The notes under the pieces were generated by a model that saw only the letters and a list, made by a program, of their open reading frames with translations, did no database searches and was not told the origin of the DNA. From NCBI GenBank assembly GCA_018714965.1, contig DVML01000012.1:20830-84829 (forward strand): DNA of 64,000 bases, in the 5' to 3' direction. The DNA is from Candidatus Fimihabitans intestinipullorum (GTDB taxonomy: Bacteria; Bacillota_I; Bacilli_A; RF39; UBA660). This document shows positions 18,810-28,036 of the stretch, piece by piece. Numbering within the stretch: position 1 is the stretch's first letter; every line of letters begins with the position of its first letter. Made by a program: the position numbers and the translations under genes.

Positions 18810-19994
18810 ATGGAAAAATTGATTTTAATTAAGTATGGAGAGTTAACAACGAAGAAAGGAAATCGTAATTTTTTTATTTCTACATTGACGCGTAATATAG
18901 AATTTATGTTACGTTCTTTTGATGTTCGTATAGAAAAAGATAGAGTGCGTATGTATATCTATACAAAGGAAGACGATTTGGATCGCGTAAGTAAGATCCT
19001 TCAAAAAGTATTTGGTCTTCATGGAATTGTGATTTGTTATAAAGTAGAGACAAAAGAGGAACGAATAGAAGAAGCGATCTTACAACTTGTAAAGGAAACT
19101 CCTGGACATACATTTAAAGTGGAGACGAAAAGAGCTGATAAGCGTTTCCCGATTCCTAGTATGGAATATAGTCGAAAAATTGGTGGTCTTATTTTAAAGA
19201 ACACTGATTTGAAAGTTGATGTCCACGAGCCAGATTTCGTGATGCACGTAGAGATTCGACCAGAGGGAACTTTCCTTTATACGAATGAGATTGCTGGTGC
19301 AGGAGGATATCCAGTGGGAATCCAGGGAAAAGGTCTTCTCATGTTAAGTGGTGGAATCGATTCTCCAGTGGCAGGATATTTAACGTTAAAACGTGGAGTT
19401 GATTTAGAGTGTTTATATTTTGAATCTCCGCCACATACAAGTGAAGAAGCAAAAAATAAAGTTTTAAAATTGGCTTCTATTATTAATGAATACTCTGGAC
19501 ATGTAAAAGTACATGTTGTTCCATTTACAAAATTGCAAGAGGCAATTTACAAAAATTGTCCTCCTACTTATATGATTACCATAATGCGTAGAATGATGTA
19601 TCGAATAGCAGAGAGAGTAGCACATAAACGCAATTGTAAAATCATCGTGAACGGGGAAAGTATTGGACAGGTAGCGAGTCAGACATTAGAAAGTATGGTT
19701 GTTATCAATGCTGTCACGAATATGCCGGTTATTCGCCCTGTCGCATGTTTAGATAAATTAGAAATTATCGAACTTGCAAATAAAATTGGTACATATGAGA
19801 CGAGTATTTTACCATATGAAGATTGCTGTACGATCTTTTTACCAAAACATCCAGTGATTCATCCGGAATTAGGAAAATGTATTCAAGCGGAAGCTGAATT
19901 TGATTACGAATCACTGATCGACGAATGTGTCGAAAATATCGAGACGATTTCTTCTTTCGATCAGGAAGAAACAGAGATGGCTGATTTGTTATAA
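18810..19994 (+). CDS. thiI: tRNA 4-thiouridine(8) synthase ThiI
   Basis: N-terminal ferredoxin-like and THUMP regions, plus the PP-loop '[12 protein letters not shown]'. Confidence 0.9.
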   Translation: MEKLILIKYGELTTKKGNRNFFISTLTRNIEFMLRSFDVRIEKDRVRMYIYTKEDDLDRVSKILQKVFGLHGIVICYKVETKEERIEEAILQLVKETPGHTFKVETKRADKRFPIPSMEYSRKIGGLILKNTDLKVDVHEPDFVMHVEIRPEGTFLYTNEIAGAGGYPVGIQGKGLLMLSGGIDSPVAGYLTLKRGVDLECLYFESPPHTSEEAKNKVLKLASIINEYSGHVKVHVVPFTKLQEAIYKNCPPTYMITIMRRMMYRIAERVAHKRNCKIIVNGESIGQVASQTLESMVVINAVTNMPVIRPVACLDKLEIIELANKIGTYETSILPYEDCCTIFLPKHPVIHPELGKCIQAEAEFDYESLIDECVENIETISSFDQEETEMADLL

Positions 19995-20029
19995 GCCAAA
20001 AATTGGTAGTAGAAAAATTGTATGAAATT

Positions 20030-20058
20030 ACCGAATGTACACATTCTATTAGTGTACA
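20030..20058 (+). promoter_or_regulatory. Forespore (sigma-G-type) promoter of the SASP gene
   Basis: GTATG, 17 nt, then CATTCTA. This fits the GnATR / CAtnnTA pattern of sigma-G-dependent ssp promoters. Confidence 0.5.
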
Positions 20059-20071
20059 GGAGGTGAAACTT

Positions 20072-20284
20072 ATGAACAACAAAAATACAAATAAATTTGT
20101 TGTGCCTGGTGCTAAACAAGCTATCGAACAAATGAAATATGAAATCGCTAACGAGTTTGGTGTTAACTTAGGTCCAGATGCTACAAGCCGTGCAAACGGA
20201 ACAGTAGGTGGAGAAATTACTAAGAGATTAGTGAAAATGGGTGAACAACATATCGGAAGCGCATCTAACTACCAATCTAAATAA
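20072..20284 (+). CDS. Alpha/beta-type small acid-soluble spore protein
   Basis: '[45 protein letters not shown]' contains both conserved SASP blocks. AGGAGGTGA RBS. Confidence 0.9.
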   Translation: MNNKNTNKFVVPGAKQAIEQMKYEIANEFGVNLGPDATSRANGTVGGEITKRLVKMGEQHIGSASNYQSK

Positions 20285-20302
20285 TTAACATTTCGTTTAA
20301 TG

Positions 20303-20329
20303 AAAGACAGTTTCGCTACTGTCTTTTTT
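20303..20329 (+). terminator. Rho-independent terminator
   Basis: aaagacag-tttcgcta-ctgtcttt hairpin followed by Ts. Confidence 0.8.
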
Positions 20330-20364
20330 CGTCAAGTTTTGATACAATAAGACTAGGTGATTAT

Positions 20365-21039
20365 ATGAGATGTCCTAACTGTCATTCAAAATTGAGTGAG
20401 AAATCAATGATGTGTGTTCATTGTGGAAAGATCTTTCGTCTGATCGATGGAGAGATGATAGAGGTAGAACAAAAAGAAGCATCACAACCGCTTCCGCCAC
20501 TCGACTTTACGACATTGGATATGAATGGAAGTTATTTAAAAGCCAAAGATATTCCATTAGACGACCTGATGAAGTATTTTGAGCAGAGTAAAAGAGAAGC
20601 AGAAATTCATAGAGACTTTAGTTTGCCAGCATTCTTTTTCGGACCTCTATGGTATTGGTATCAGAATGAGTTTATTATGGGATTACTGGATTTTATTTTA
20701 TTGATTCTTATCATGGTATATCTTCCTTGTCCTATCTTTTGGAAAATGCTTGCTGCAAATTTATCCGTGTCGCTTCCTATTGCAGGTTTTTTGTTTCTAT
20801 ATTTACCACATTTTTTACTATTTTCATTTTTTCAATTTTTCACAGCTTCAGCGATTAAAAAGAAGTTGATGAAGTGGCGATTCTCTCTTATGAAAAAGGT
20901 ACATGCAAATGAGGATATTGGTTTATTTATGGTTCGTGTCGATCGTATTTGTAAAACAGGTGCTATCTATGTTGTTATTGGTATACTATTGATGACGTTA
21001 ATTGTTGTAATGATATCATATTATTTTAGAATATTTTAA
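20365..21039 (+). CDS. Zinc-ribbon / DUF2628-type membrane protein
   Basis: N-terminal 'CPNCHSKLSEKSMMCVHCG' zinc ribbon, then 'PAFFFGPLWYWYQN' (DUF2628-like) and TM helices. Confidence 0.6.
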   Translation: MRCPNCHSKLSEKSMMCVHCGKIFRLIDGEMIEVEQKEASQPLPPLDFTTLDMNGSYLKAKDIPLDDLMKYFEQSKREAEIHRDFSLPAFFFGPLWYWYQNEFIMGLLDFILLILIMVYLPCPIFWKMLAANLSVSLPIAGFLFLYLPHFLLFSFFQFFTASAIKKKLMKWRFSLMKKVHANEDIGLFMVRVDRICKTGAIYVVIGILLMTLIVVMISYYFRIF

Positions 21040-21110
21040 TAGAATGATAAATTTTATTGTAAGTTACTGATTTTATGATAAAATGTTATTGAAGCTAAAG
21101 GAGGTTGTTT

Positions 21111-21923
21111 ATGGAGACAAAATTGAAATGCCCAAAATGTGGAACACCTATTGATCCGAGAGGAATGATGTGTATTCATTGTGGATTGATGTTGGGGCGA
21201 GATCGCCATGGGAGATTGAAATTTAAAGGATACGCCAAAGTTCCTCAGAAGATTGTGGCAGAAAAGCAACCAAAAGAAGGAGAAACGACAGTGCGTGTGG
21301 TAGAAGCCGATAAACCGAAAGTGAACCCTCAGAACAGTTATGAACAAAAGGATGCCTTTAGTACGGGAAATTTAAATCGACCGGAAGTGGATAAGAAGAG
21401 TTTTTTGAAAAAGAAAGCTCAAAATAAAGAAGGTTTGATCGTCGCAAAGGACGTCAAAATCAATGATGAATTAGCAGATCTTTATATGGGAGACCGAGGA
21501 GAAAAACTGCTTTCTCTTTCCATCAATATTCCAGCATTTTTATTTGGCCCTTTTTGGTATTTATATCGAAAACAAATCTTTGCATGCGTGTTGTATTTCG
21601 CTTTATATTTTAGTGTATGTTATGTTGTTAATTTGTTTTTGCCAACGTTACCAATTCTCATAGTGACAATTTTATTTATGATTTTAAACTTATTTTTTGG
21701 TAATATGATTTATACTTTTTTTGTGAAATTGCACTTATTTTTTTATCAATTATTTCATCGGAAGATGAGTGCTGATAAGTTTATGAGTAATGTTGAAACG
21801 AAAGGCGGGACAAGTTTTAAATATGTCTTTTGGGGTATTTTAGCATTTGTTTTAATTTTATTCGCATATATTTATTTTTATCATCAAGGTGATATCATGA
21901 TAGTAAAGGACTTTTTTCTATAA
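21111..21923 (+). CDS. Zinc-ribbon / DUF2628-type membrane protein (paralogue of the preceding gene)
   Basis: 'CPKCGTPIDPRGMMCIHCG', 'PAFLFGPFWYLYRKQ' and TM helices. GGAGG RBS before the ATG at 21111. Confidence 0.6.
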   Translation: METKLKCPKCGTPIDPRGMMCIHCGLMLGRDRHGRLKFKGYAKVPQKIVAEKQPKEGETTVRVVEADKPKVNPQNSYEQKDAFSTGNLNRPEVDKKSFLKKKAQNKEGLIVAKDVKINDELADLYMGDRGEKLLSLSINIPAFLFGPFWYLYRKQIFACVLYFALYFSVCYVVNLFLPTLPILIVTILFMILNLFFGNMIYTFFVKLHLFFYQLFHRKMSADKFMSNVETKGGTSFKYVFWGILAFVLILFAYIYFYHQGDIMIVKDFFL

Positions 21924-21960
21924 TTCTTGAAATTTATCACATACTAATAATGGTGATGAT

Positions 21961-22059
21961 ATGAAGAAAAAATCAAAGTTTAAAGAAAAAATCAAAAAGG
22001 AGTATGAGCGAGGAATTCCTTATTTTAAGGAAGTCAAAGAAGCGCAAAAAGAAAAATAG
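21961..22059 (+). CDS. Possible small, very basic protein (32 aa)
   Basis: ATG preceded by GGTGA. Translation is MKKKSKFKEKIKKEYERGIPYFKEVKEAQKEK. It ends in the hairpin shared with clpP. Confidence 0.2.
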   Translation: MKKKSKFKEKIKKEYERGIPYFKEVKEAQKEK

Positions 22060-22076
22060 CCTAGCTATTTTTTTTA
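22050..22076. terminator. Bidirectional terminator overlapping the 3' end of clpP
   Basis: aaatag-cctag-ctattt hairpin flanked by an A-run and a T-run. Confidence 0.65.
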
Positions 22077-22648
22077 TCTGATATTAATATTTGATCGATA
22101 ATTCCATATTCTTTTGCTTCCTCTGCGTTCATAAAGTTATCTCGATCTGTATCGTGTTCTATTTGTTTGATATCTTGCCCTGTGTTTTTGGATAATATTT
22201 TATTTAGTTTTTCTTTAAGATTTAAAATGTGTTCTGCGGCAATTTTAATTTCTGTTGCTTGTCCTTGTGCACCACCTAATGGTTGATGAATCATTACTTC
22301 ACTATTTGGTAGACAGAAACGTTTTTCTTTGGCACCAGAAGAAAGAAGAAATGCGGCCATACTCGCAGCCATGCCAAGACAGATCGTAGATACATCGCTT
22401 TTTACAAAATTCATCGTATCGTAAATTGCCATTCCAGCAGTGACGGCACCTCCAGGAGAGTTAATATATAAACTGATGTCATCTTGGTTTAAAGAATCTA
22501 AATATAATAGTTGAGCAACAACGCTATTCGCACTTTCATCAGTAATTTCACCGCTTAGAATGATGATACGATCCTTAAGGAGTCTAGAATAGATATCATA
22601 TACACGTTCTCCATTATTAGATTTCTCGATTACAGTTGGTATTAACAT
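22061..22648 (-). CDS. clpP: ATP-dependent Clp protease proteolytic subunit
   Basis: 'LIPTVIE...[16 protein letters not shown]', the catalytic Ser context '[11 protein letters not shown]', and 'IHQPLGG'. Start taken at the ATG (22648) that has AAGGGTGA upstream. Confidence 0.95.
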   Translation of the reverse strand: MLIPTVIEKSNNGERVYDIYSRLLKDRIIILSGEITDESANSVVAQLLYLDSLNQDDISLYINSPGGAVTAGMAIYDTMNFVKSDVSTICLGMAASMAAFLLSSGAKEKRFCLPNSEVMIHQPLGGAQGQATEIKIAAEHILNLKEKLNKILSKNTGQDIKQIEHDTDRDNFMNAEEAKEYGIIDQILISDKKNS

Positions 22649-22768
22649 GTTTTTCACCCTTTCTATTTTATTGTAGTTTCAAGAAAGAAAATATATACAA
22701 AAAAAGATGTGACAAAATACTATTTCTTTGGTAAAATGAATATGAATAGAATAAGAGGGATCGAGCAT

Positions 22769-24430
22769 ATGAAAATGGTAAAGGTAAATTATAGAGGAAT
22801 CGAGACAAAAGAGTTTTTGGAAGATACCTCTTTATTAGAGATTAGTGACAGTTTTAAGAAGTATTATAATTATCCTATTTTAGTGGCAAAAGTGGATAAC
22901 GATATTACTGGGCTTGCAGAGCCTGTTACAAAAAAAAGTGATATCGATTTTTACGATCGAAGTAGTGTGATAGGAAATACGATTTATGCTAGATCTGCGC
23001 AATTTATTTTAATTGTCGCAGTAAAACAGGTATTGGGCGAAGGTGCGGAAGTGATTATCGAACATTCTATCGATAAGGGAGTTTATTGTGAAATTAAAAA
23101 CTGCGATATCGATAAACCTGTCTTGCGTAAAATCGAGTCGAAAATGCACGAAATTGTTGCAGAAGATTTGAAGTTTACAAAAGTGAGTGTCTCTAGAATT
23201 GATGCCATTAAATATTTTCGTAAGAAAAAAAGAATGGATAAAGTAAATGTATTAAAGTATATCAGTAATACATATGTCAATTTATATCGATTAGATGATG
23301 TATACGATTATTTCTATGGAGAACTTGCCTACAGCACAAAAGCTATTGATGACTTTAAATTGACTTATATCAAGGATAACGGTTTTGTTCTTTCTTGCCC
23401 TGATATCTACAATCCTGAATGTACATTAGATTACAAACATCACAAGATGTTATTTGATACGTTTTTGGATTATACAAAGTGGGGACGTATTTTAAAGATA
23501 AGCAATGCTGCAGATTTGAACGAAGTAGTATCTACAGGTAAATATGGAGATTTAATTCGCATTAGTGAAGCATATTATAATGGTCAACTTTCAGAGATTG
23601 CCGATCGCGTGTACGACAATAAGAAAAATATTAAAATTATATTGATTGCAGGACCATCTTCTAGTGGAAAGACGACGACTTCGAAAAAATTAGAAATTTA
23701 TTTGAAGAGTAAGGGATTGCGTACTCATCAAATTTCGATCGACGATTATTTTATCAATCGTGATAAAACTCCATTAGATGAACACGGAGAAAGAGATCTA
23801 GAGTCTTTAAGGGCAGTTGATATAGACTTATTGAATCGCCATTTGATCAAACTGTTCGATGGCGAGAAAGTATTACTGCCAGAGTATAATTTTATGACAG
23901 GAGAGAGAGAATATCGTAAAAAATGGTTACAGATGGATGAGGACGATATCATTATTATCGAAGGATTACATGCTTTGAATGAGGACTTAACAATATCTAT
24001 TCCAAGAAGAAATAAATTTAAAATATATATTAGTCCTTTGACACAACTCAATATCGATAATCATAATCATATTCACACGAGTGATACGAGAAAGTTAAGA
24101 CGCATTATTCGCGACAATAAATTCCGTAATTACAATGCGGCTGATACATTGAAGATGTGGGAAAAAATCAGCTATGGAGAAGAAAGATATATATTTCCAT
24201 TCCAGGATGATGCCGATATGATTATTAATTCTGCACTTGTCTACGAACTTGGTGTGTTAAAGACATACGCTGAACCATTATTATTTTCAGTATCAGAAAA
24301 TGATCCAGTATATCCGGAAGCACTTCGTTTGATTAATTTCTTAAGGAATTTCTTACCGATTCCAAGTGAGGAAGTTCCGGACGATTCTGTACTTAGAGAA
24401 TTTATCGGGAATAGTTGTTTTTACGAGTAA
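22769..24430 (+). CDS. Uridine-kinase-family nucleoside kinase with an N-terminal TGS/ThrRS-SAD-like extension
   Basis: P-loop 'IAGPSSSGKTTTSKKL' and 'IIIIEGLHALN' in the C-terminal half are Udk/PRK-like. The N-terminal ~270 aa resemble the TGS plus second-additional-domain region of ThrRS. Confidence 0.65.
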   Translation: MKMVKVNYRGIETKEFLEDTSLLEISDSFKKYYNYPILVAKVDNDITGLAEPVTKKSDIDFYDRSSVIGNTIYARSAQFILIVAVKQVLGEGAEVIIEHSIDKGVYCEIKNCDIDKPVLRKIESKMHEIVAEDLKFTKVSVSRIDAIKYFRKKKRMDKVNVLKYISNTYVNLYRLDDVYDYFYGELAYSTKAIDDFKLTYIKDNGFVLSCPDIYNPECTLDYKHHKMLFDTFLDYTKWGRILKISNAADLNEVVSTGKYGDLIRISEAYYNGQLSEIADRVYDNKKNIKIILIAGPSSSGKTTTSKKLEIYLKSKGLRTHQISIDDYFINRDKTPLDEHGERDLESLRAVDIDLLNRHLIKLFDGEKVLLPEYNFMTGEREYRKKWLQMDEDDIIIIEGLHALNEDLTISIPRRNKFKIYISPLTQLNIDNHNHIHTSDTRKLRRIIRDNKFRNYNAADTLKMWEKISYGEERYIFPFQDDADMIINSALVYELGVLKTYAEPLLFSVSENDPVYPEALRLINFLRNFLPIPSEEVPDDSVLREFIGNSCFYE

Positions 24431-24431
24431 A

Positions 24432-24458
24432 AAAGGTCGACATTTTGTCGACTTTTTC
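24432..24458 (+). terminator. Rho-independent terminator
   Basis: gtcgac-atttt-gtcgac hairpin followed by T5. Confidence 0.75.
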
Positions 24459-24482
24459 TATGTCAAATGAAAGTCTATTCTA

Positions 24483-24512
24483 TTGACATGGTTGTTTTTC
24501 TTGCGATACAAT
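24483..24512 (+). promoter_or_regulatory. Sigma-A-type promoter of gap
   Basis: TTGACA, 18 nt, then TACAAT. Confidence 0.55.
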
Positions 24513-24538
24513 GAAAACGTAGAAGATAGGAGGAATTT

Positions 24539-25549
24539 ATGATTAAAGTAGCAATTAATGGATTTGGAAGAATCGGGCGTTTGGCTTTTCGTTTGTTAGA
24601 AGAAAATCCAGCATACGAAATTGTTGCCATCAATGATTTGACAGATGCTGAACAGTTAGCTTATTTATTAAAATACGATACATCACATAGAAATTATCGT
24701 GTCAACGAAATCTCTCACGATGATCAAAATATTATCGTAGGAGATCGTAAAGTAAGAATTTATTCTGAGATGGATCCGACGAAATTACCTTGGGAAGATC
24801 TTGGAATTGATGTTGTATTTGAATGTACTGGTAAATTTGTAAAGAAAGAAGATGCGATGGCACATATTACTGCCGGGGCAAAACACGTTATTATTTCTGC
24901 TCCTGGTAAAGGAGATATGAAGACGATTGTCTATAATGTAAACCATGAGACGTTAGATGGGACAGAAGAAGTCATTAGTGCTGCAAGTTGTACGACAAAC
25001 TGTCTTGCACCTGTAGCAAACATTCTCGATAAAAACTTTGGAATTGTAAAAGGATATATGACGACAGTACATGCGTATACGAACGATCAATCTATTTTAG
25101 ACGTCGCTCATAAAAAAGGAATTAAAGCGCGCCGTGGTAGAGCGGGAGCTGCTAATATTGTACCAAGTAGTACTGGAGCAGCGAGTGCTGTAGGGTTAGT
25201 ATTACCTAACTTAAAAGGTAAATTAGATGGAAGTGCCTTACGTGTTCCAACAACAACTGGTTCTGTTGTCGATTTAACAGTCGAATTAAAACGCAATACG
25301 ACGGTAGAAGAATTAAATGAAGCATTTAAGAACAATGCAAATGAAACGATCGGATTTACGATGGATCCAATTGTATCAAGTGACATTATCGGTTCTCATT
25401 ATGGAAGTTTAGTTGACGGATTATTAACGGATATTCTAGAAGTAGATGGACGTCAACTTGTCAAGGTTGTTGCATGGTATGACAATGAAATGAGTTATAC
25501 AGCACAAATGGTACGTACAGCAGAATATTTAATGAGCTTGAATAAATAA
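24539..25549 (+). CDS. gap: Type I glyceraldehyde-3-phosphate dehydrogenase
   Basis: 'INGFGRIGR' and the active site 'ASCTTNCLAP'. Full length, 336 aa. Confidence 0.95.
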   Translation: MIKVAINGFGRIGRLAFRLLEENPAYEIVAINDLTDAEQLAYLLKYDTSHRNYRVNEISHDDQNIIVGDRKVRIYSEMDPTKLPWEDLGIDVVFECTGKFVKKEDAMAHITAGAKHVIISAPGKGDMKTIVYNVNHETLDGTEEVISAASCTTNCLAPVANILDKNFGIVKGYMTTVHAYTNDQSILDVAHKKGIKARRGRAGAANIVPSSTGAASAVGLVLPNLKGKLDGSALRVPTTTGSVVDLTVELKRNTTVEELNEAFKNNANETIGFTMDPIVSSDIIGSHYGSLVDGLLTDILEVDGRQLVKVVAWYDNEMSYTAQMVRTAEYLMSLNK

Positions 25550-25580
25550 AGAAAGCTATGAGTGTGAAGTGATAAAACAA

Positions 25581-25617
25581 AAGTGGACAATGTAAAAAAC
25601 ATCAGTCTACTTTTTTG
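25581..25617 (+). terminator. Probable terminator/attenuator between gap and pgk
   Basis: aagtggac...gtctactt imperfect hairpin followed by T6. Confidence 0.55.
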
Positions 25618-25620
25618 TTC

Positions 25621-25748
25621 GTTACAATTTTGTCATATAAAGGTAATTACTTGAAAATTATGTGAAAACAAGATACAATGATAAATAGGTAGAATAGAAA
25701 AAATGAGAATAATTTTCAATGTTGATGATTAGTATTGCTATTCTATTT
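25621..25748 (+). promoter_or_regulatory. Promoter plus leader module upstream of pgk (copy A of a sequence shared with 44016-44113)
   Basis: GTTACAA-N4-GTCATATAAA-N3-AATTACTTGAAA (the -35 is TTGAAA at 25651-25656), 17 nt, then TACAAT (25674-25679). The leader hairpin tagaatag (25690-25697) / ctattcta (25738-25745) is followed by TTTTG. Confidence 0.5.
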
Positions 25749-25812
25749 TGATCCATACTAATAAGTGATAAACATTGATTACTTCTCACTTGAAAAGAAA
25801 GAGGATGGAATA

Positions 25813-26997
25813 ATGAAGAAAACGTTAAGAGATTATGAGTTAGAAAATAAAAAGGTCATCATTCGTTGTGATTTTAATGTACCGATGAAAGATGGTAAGA
25901 TTACGGATGATAATCGTATCGTACAGAGCTTACCTACGATTCGTTATGCAGTAGATCATGGTGCAAAAGTTATTTTAATGTCTCATTTAGGTCGAATTAA
26001 AACAGAAGAAGACAAGATGAAACGTACTTTAAAACCGGTTGCTGAAAGACTAAGTGAACTACTTAATATTCCTGTAAAATTTGTTTCTACAACAAGAGGG
26101 AAAGAACTAGAGGATGCAGTTCAGACTTTACAACCAGGACAAATTTTATTGATGGAGAATACAAGGTTTGAAGATTTGGATGGCAAGAAGGAAAGTGGAA
26201 ACGATAGTGAGTTAGGTATTTACTGGGCCTCTTTAGGGGATCTTTATATCAATGATGCATTCGGAACATCTCACAGAAGTCATGCTTCTAATGTTGGAAT
26301 AGCAAGCCACTTACCAAATGGAATTGGATTCTTAATCGAAAAAGAGTTAAAAGTAATGGCCGATGCAATCGAGCATCCAGAACATCCATTTACAGTTATT
26401 TTGGGTGGTTCTAAGGTGAGTGATAAAATAGGAGTGATCGAAAATCTAGTGAAAATTGCAGATCACATTTTAATTGGTGGAGGAATGGCATTTACATTCT
26501 TAAAAGCACAAGGATACGAAATTGGAAAATCTTTATTAGATGAGGAATCTATTTCGTTTTGTGAAAAAATGTTAAAAGAACATAAAGATAAATTAGTCTT
26601 GCCTGTCGATGTTGTTTGCGGTACATCTGTTGAGATAGACCAAGTTTCAAGATGCGCCATGGTAGATAAAATGAATTCTGATGATATGGGATTAGATATC
26701 GGAGAGAAAACGATTGAGACATTTAGACCGTTTTTAGAAAATAGTAAGACGGTTATATGGAATGGTCCAGTTGGATTGTTTGAATTATCAAGTTTTTCTC
26801 TTGGAACGAAGAAATTATGTGATATAATAGCAACGAGTGGTGCCAAAACAATTATTGGCGGTGGAGATACAGCAGCTGCAGTCATTGGTTTTGGATATCA
26901 AGATCGAGTCACACACATCTCTACTGGTGGTGGAGCATCATTAGAATTACTCGAAGGGAAAGTGCTTCCAGGAATCGATTGTATCGAGGAGGCTTAA
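25813..26997 (+). CDS. pgk: Phosphoglycerate kinase
   Basis: 'VIIRCDFNVP', 'SHLGRI', 'NDAFGTSHR' and 'STGGGASLE'. Start taken at 'MKKTLRDY' after GAGGATGG. Confidence 0.95.
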   Translation: MKKTLRDYELENKKVIIRCDFNVPMKDGKITDDNRIVQSLPTIRYAVDHGAKVILMSHLGRIKTEEDKMKRTLKPVAERLSELLNIPVKFVSTTRGKELEDAVQTLQPGQILLMENTRFEDLDGKKESGNDSELGIYWASLGDLYINDAFGTSHRSHASNVGIASHLPNGIGFLIEKELKVMADAIEHPEHPFTVILGGSKVSDKIGVIENLVKIADHILIGGGMAFTFLKAQGYEIGKSLLDEESISFCEKMLKEHKDKLVLPVDVVCGTSVEIDQVSRCAMVDKMNSDDMGLDIGEKTIETFRPFLENSKTVIWNGPVGLFELSSFSLGTKKLCDIIATSGAKTIIGGGDTAAAVIGFGYQDRVTHISTGGGASLELLEGKVLPGIDCIEEA

Positions 26998-27015
26998 AAG
27001 AAAAGAGGTATCGGT

Positions 27016-28035
27016 ATGAATCGTAAAGAGAAAAAGAAAACGACTTTAAATTTATTTATACTACTGATATTTACTGGGATCGTATTATATTTTTCTTTGA
27101 AAGATAATTTTGAGGAGATCGTATCTCAAATACTAACGATTCATCCACTTTGGTTTTTAGTCGGTGTAGGACTAGTTTTTGTTTATTTATTCTTACGCAG
27201 TGTTGAAATATGTTGTACGATACAGAAGTTTAAACCAAGCTATACTTTTCGTAAAGCGTTTCGCTTAATGCTAGTGACACAATTTTTTAATGCAGTGACA
27301 CCATTTTCTTCCGGTGGACAACCTTTTCAGGTGTATACATTAAAAAAAGACGGACTTCGTGTTACTGATGGGACGAATGTCATTATTCAAAATTTTATCG
27401 TCTATCAAGTAGCGCTCGTCATTTTGGGAGTAATGGCAATTGCTGGGAATTATTTCTTTCATATATTTAAAGAAGTTGGGTTATTAAAAGAACTTGTAAC
27501 TTTGGGGTTTATTATTAACACACTTGTTGTCGTAGGTCTTTTTATCATCGCTTTTGCTCGCAAATTTAACCATAAAATAACGAATCTAGGAATTCGTATT
27601 TTATACCGTTTTCACTTAATTAAAGATAAAGAAAAGCAATTAAAAAAATGGGAAGAATCAATTGAACAATTTCATCATGGAGCAAAATTGTTAATGACAA
27701 ATAAATGGTTGTTTGTTCGGTCTATTTTTCTTAATTTTGTCGCTCTTGTTTGTCTTTATCTTGTTCCAGTTGCCTTATTGTATGGTATGGGAGATTATCA
27801 TAGTTTCGATGGACTTTTATCTGTTGTTGCGAGTGCTTATGTTATGTTGATGGGATCTTTTGTGCCAATTCCGGGTGGTACCGGGGGACTCGAATATGGA
27901 TTCATTGCATTTTTTGGTAACTTTGTAAAAGGTAGTAAGTTGAATGCACTAATGTTATTATGGAGATTTTTAACATATTATTTAGGTATGTTTTTAGGAG
28001 CAATTACATTAAATTTAAAGAAGAAGGAGAATTAG
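27016..28035 (+). CDS. UPF0104 / lysylphosphatidylglycerol-synthase-TM-region family (flippase-like) membrane protein
   Basis: About 8 TM helices. 'FNAVTPFSSGGQPFQVY' and 'PIPGGTGGLEYGF' match the conserved motifs of the LPG_synthase_TM / flippase-like family. Confidence 0.7.
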   Translation: MNRKEKKKTTLNLFILLIFTGIVLYFSLKDNFEEIVSQILTIHPLWFLVGVGLVFVYLFLRSVEICCTIQKFKPSYTFRKAFRLMLVTQFFNAVTPFSSGGQPFQVYTLKKDGLRVTDGTNVIIQNFIVYQVALVILGVMAIAGNYFFHIFKEVGLLKELVTLGFIINTLVVVGLFIIAFARKFNHKITNLGIRILYRFHLIKDKEKQLKKWEESIEQFHHGAKLLMTNKWLFVRSIFLNFVALVCLYLVPVALLYGMGDYHSFDGLLSVVASAYVMLMGSFVPIPGGTGGLEYGFIAFFGNFVKGSKLNALMLLWRFLTYYLGMFLGAITLNLKKKEN

Positions 28036-28036
28036 T

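Noticed and set aside
25621-25680. Known regulator sites (CcpA cre, CggR operator, Rex box) in the shared pgk/44016 promoter module.
   Set aside because: By eye there is no acceptable match to cre (T-G-W-A-A-N-C-G-N-T-N-W-C-A) or to the CggR direct repeats (CGGGAC...TGTC). Only copy A has a lone TGTGAA half-site for Rex. I therefore name no regulator.
26463-26885. 140-aa minus-strand ORF inside pgk, and a similar 92-aa ORF inside gap (25108-25386).
   Set aside because: Antisense to strongly conserved glycolytic genes, with no translation signals.
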